Under the pieces are notes generated by a model. The model was not told where the DNA came from, searched no databases, and saw only the letters and a program-made list of their open reading frames with translations. From IMG/VR virus record IMGVR_UViG_3300028283_000176, positions 1-27,743 of that record: DNA of 27,743 bases, one strand, 5' to 3'. The translations under genes and the position numbers were made by a program. Positions 26,410-27,743 of this stretch are shown one piece after another. This stretch comes from a virus (taxonomy: Duplodnaviria; Caudoviricetes). How positions within the stretch are numbered: the stretch's first letter is position 1; each line of letters opens with the position of its first letter.

Positions 26410-26502
26410 AACACTTGACCCTGTAATTTATTGATACAGAATAAAGTGCCAATCTAAGTAAGCAATAGAAATAAGTTTCGTTTTTTATTTCGCGAGGAAT
26501 TT

Positions 26503-27609
26503 ATGAGATTTCAGATTACAAAGGCAGACTTATTGCCAGCACTTAAGAAAGTTGCGAGCATTGCTGAGAAAAAGAATCGGCTTCTAATTCTCGACAACAT
26601 ATTGCTAGAGGCTGATGATTCGCGGATTGTTCTAACGGCTACGGATTTGGAGGTGGGCTTATCAGCTAACGTACAGGTTCGATCTTCTGAGAAAGGCCGC
26701 ATTACCGTGTCTGCCAAAAAGTTTTTGGATATTGTGAAAGCGTTACCTGAGGATGCGGATTTAGATTTTTCCGTAGACACTCAACGTGTTACATTGCGAT
26801 CTGGCAAGAGCAAATTCACATTAACCACGCAGCCTGCAGAAGAATATCCGAATATCGAAAGCGTAAAGGACGGGAAAAGGTTTCAAGTACCTCAATCCGT
26901 TTTGAGAAGTCTATTCTCCCGAACCAGTTTCGCCATGGCAGCTAATGATGTGCGCTATGTTTTGATGGGAGTGTTATTGGAGGTAGAACATGGAAAGCTT
27001 CGAGTATGTGCAACGGATGGGCATAGAATGGCATTCTGCGACATGACAGAGCACCTTGAATCCATTCCTAATACTCAAGTCGTTATTCCTCGCAAGGGTG
27101 TTATGGAGCTATTAAAGCTATTGCAGGATTCAGAATCTCTTGTAGAAGTGATCATCGGCATCAATCACATTTGCGTAGTTTTCCCAGAAGTCACCTTCAC
27201 ATCAAAACTGATAGACGGTAAGTTTCCAGAATACAAGCGCATCATTCCACAATCGAGCCCAAACACAGTAACCGCAGACCGTGACGAGTTAAAACGCGCC
27301 ATCCAACGTACCGCTATTATTTCTAACGAGAAAGTGCAAGGCGTTCGGATTCAAGCGGAAGACGGGAAATTGATCATTAAAACAGACAATCAAGAAGGAG
27401 AAAACGCAGAGGAAGAAATGAGCGTCAGCTACGAAGGAAGCCCCATAGAGATTGGCTTTAATGTGAAATACGTTTTAGACGCGCTAAGCAGCAGTATTAA
27501 GACCGATTACGTAGAGATTGGTCTCACATCACCAGACAATAGCGCGACGTTCAAAGACCAAGGCTCCGATACTTGCGTGAACGTCATAATGCCGCTTAGA
27601 CTGAAATAG
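26503..27609 (+). CDS. dnaN: DNA polymerase III beta sliding clamp
   Basis: 368 aa; ATDLE, FAMA.NDVRY.L.G, ATDGHR, IPRKGV.EL, KLIDGKFPEY.RIIP, IGFNV.Y.LD, VIMPLRL; GAGG RBS. Confidence 0.97.
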   Translation: MRFQITKADLLPALKKVASIAEKKNRLLILDNILLEADDSRIVLTATDLEVGLSANVQVRSSEKGRITVSAKKFLDIVKALPEDADLDFSVDTQRVTLRSGKSKFTLTTQPAEEYPNIESVKDGKRFQVPQSVLRSLFSRTSFAMAANDVRYVLMGVLLEVEHGKLRVCATDGHRMAFCDMTEHLESIPNTQVVIPRKGVMELLKLLQDSESLVEVIIGINHICVVFPEVTFTSKLIDGKFPEYKRIIPQSSPNTVTADRDELKRAIQRTAIISNEKVQGVRIQAEDGKLIIKTDNQEGENAEEEMSVSYEGSPIEIGFNVKYVLDALSSSIKTDYVEIGLTSPDNSATFKDQGSDTCVNVIMPLRLK

Positions 27610-27617
27610 CAGGCTAG

Positions 27618-27743
27618 ATGAGCGAGACAATCCAAATTGGGGAGATTTCGATTCTGGTCACGAGGAAGGACGTCAAACATGTCCACCTTTCGGTTTATCC
27701 TCCAGACGGCCACGTTACGTTGGTCACTCCAAGCGAGACGCGA
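27618..27743 (+). CDS. N-terminus of YgjP/DUF45-like (SprT-type) metal-dependent hydrolase, runs off the right edge
   Basis: Not in the ORF track. ATG 8 nt after the dnaN stop; MSETIQIGEISILVTRKDVKHVHLSVYPPDGHVTLVTPSETR matches the RK.(I/V)K..HLSV.PP.G.V N-terminal motif of this family. Confidence 0.75.
   Translation, partial: MSETIQIGEISILVTRKDVKHVHLSVYPPDGHVTLVTPSETR

Larger units (their letters stand above)
1..27743. mobile_element. Probable phage-plasmid / plasmid-like prophage segment (siphophage-type virion genes plus partition and resolution functions)
   Basis: An 18-kb virion operon co-occurs with parA + partner, a candidate recombinase/res site and dnaN outside the dnaA-dnaN-recF context. 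No housekeeping synteny. Element ends and a rep gene are not visible. Confidence 0.65.

Noticed and set aside
26410-26502. Chromosomal oriC next to dnaN; specific promoter calls
   Set aside because: No DnaA boxes or dnaA seen; TTGACC and TTGATA hexamers lack a convincing -10 at correct spacing.

Overview
The window looks like part of one mobile replicon, most plausibly a plasmid-like prophage (phage-plasmid) of a gammaproteobacterium, rather than host core chromosome. Left arm (1-8.4 kb): a truncated putative tyrosine recombinase with a loxP-like 13-7-13 bp site, a signal-peptide thermonuclease + exonuclease VII (xseA-xseB) unit, a ParA + small RHH-like partition pair with upstream repeat arrays, a DUF4124-like secreted protein, and a separately promoted leftward cassette (two hypotheticals, an SF2 helicase, a DNA amino-methyltransferase). 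Middle (8.4-26.4 kb, minus strand): a tightly coupled virion operon with protease/scaffold, head decoration protein, lambda-E-like major capsid, Mu-like neck genes (gp36, gpG, gp37), major tail tube, tape measure and a non-contractile tail tip. No terminase, portal, sheath, lysis genes or recognisable tail-assembly chaperones occur in the window, and the distal-tail gene lies before the tape measure. Right end: a divergent orphan dnaN and the start of a YgjP-like metallohydrolase. All family calls come from motifs recognised by eye; no database search was run.
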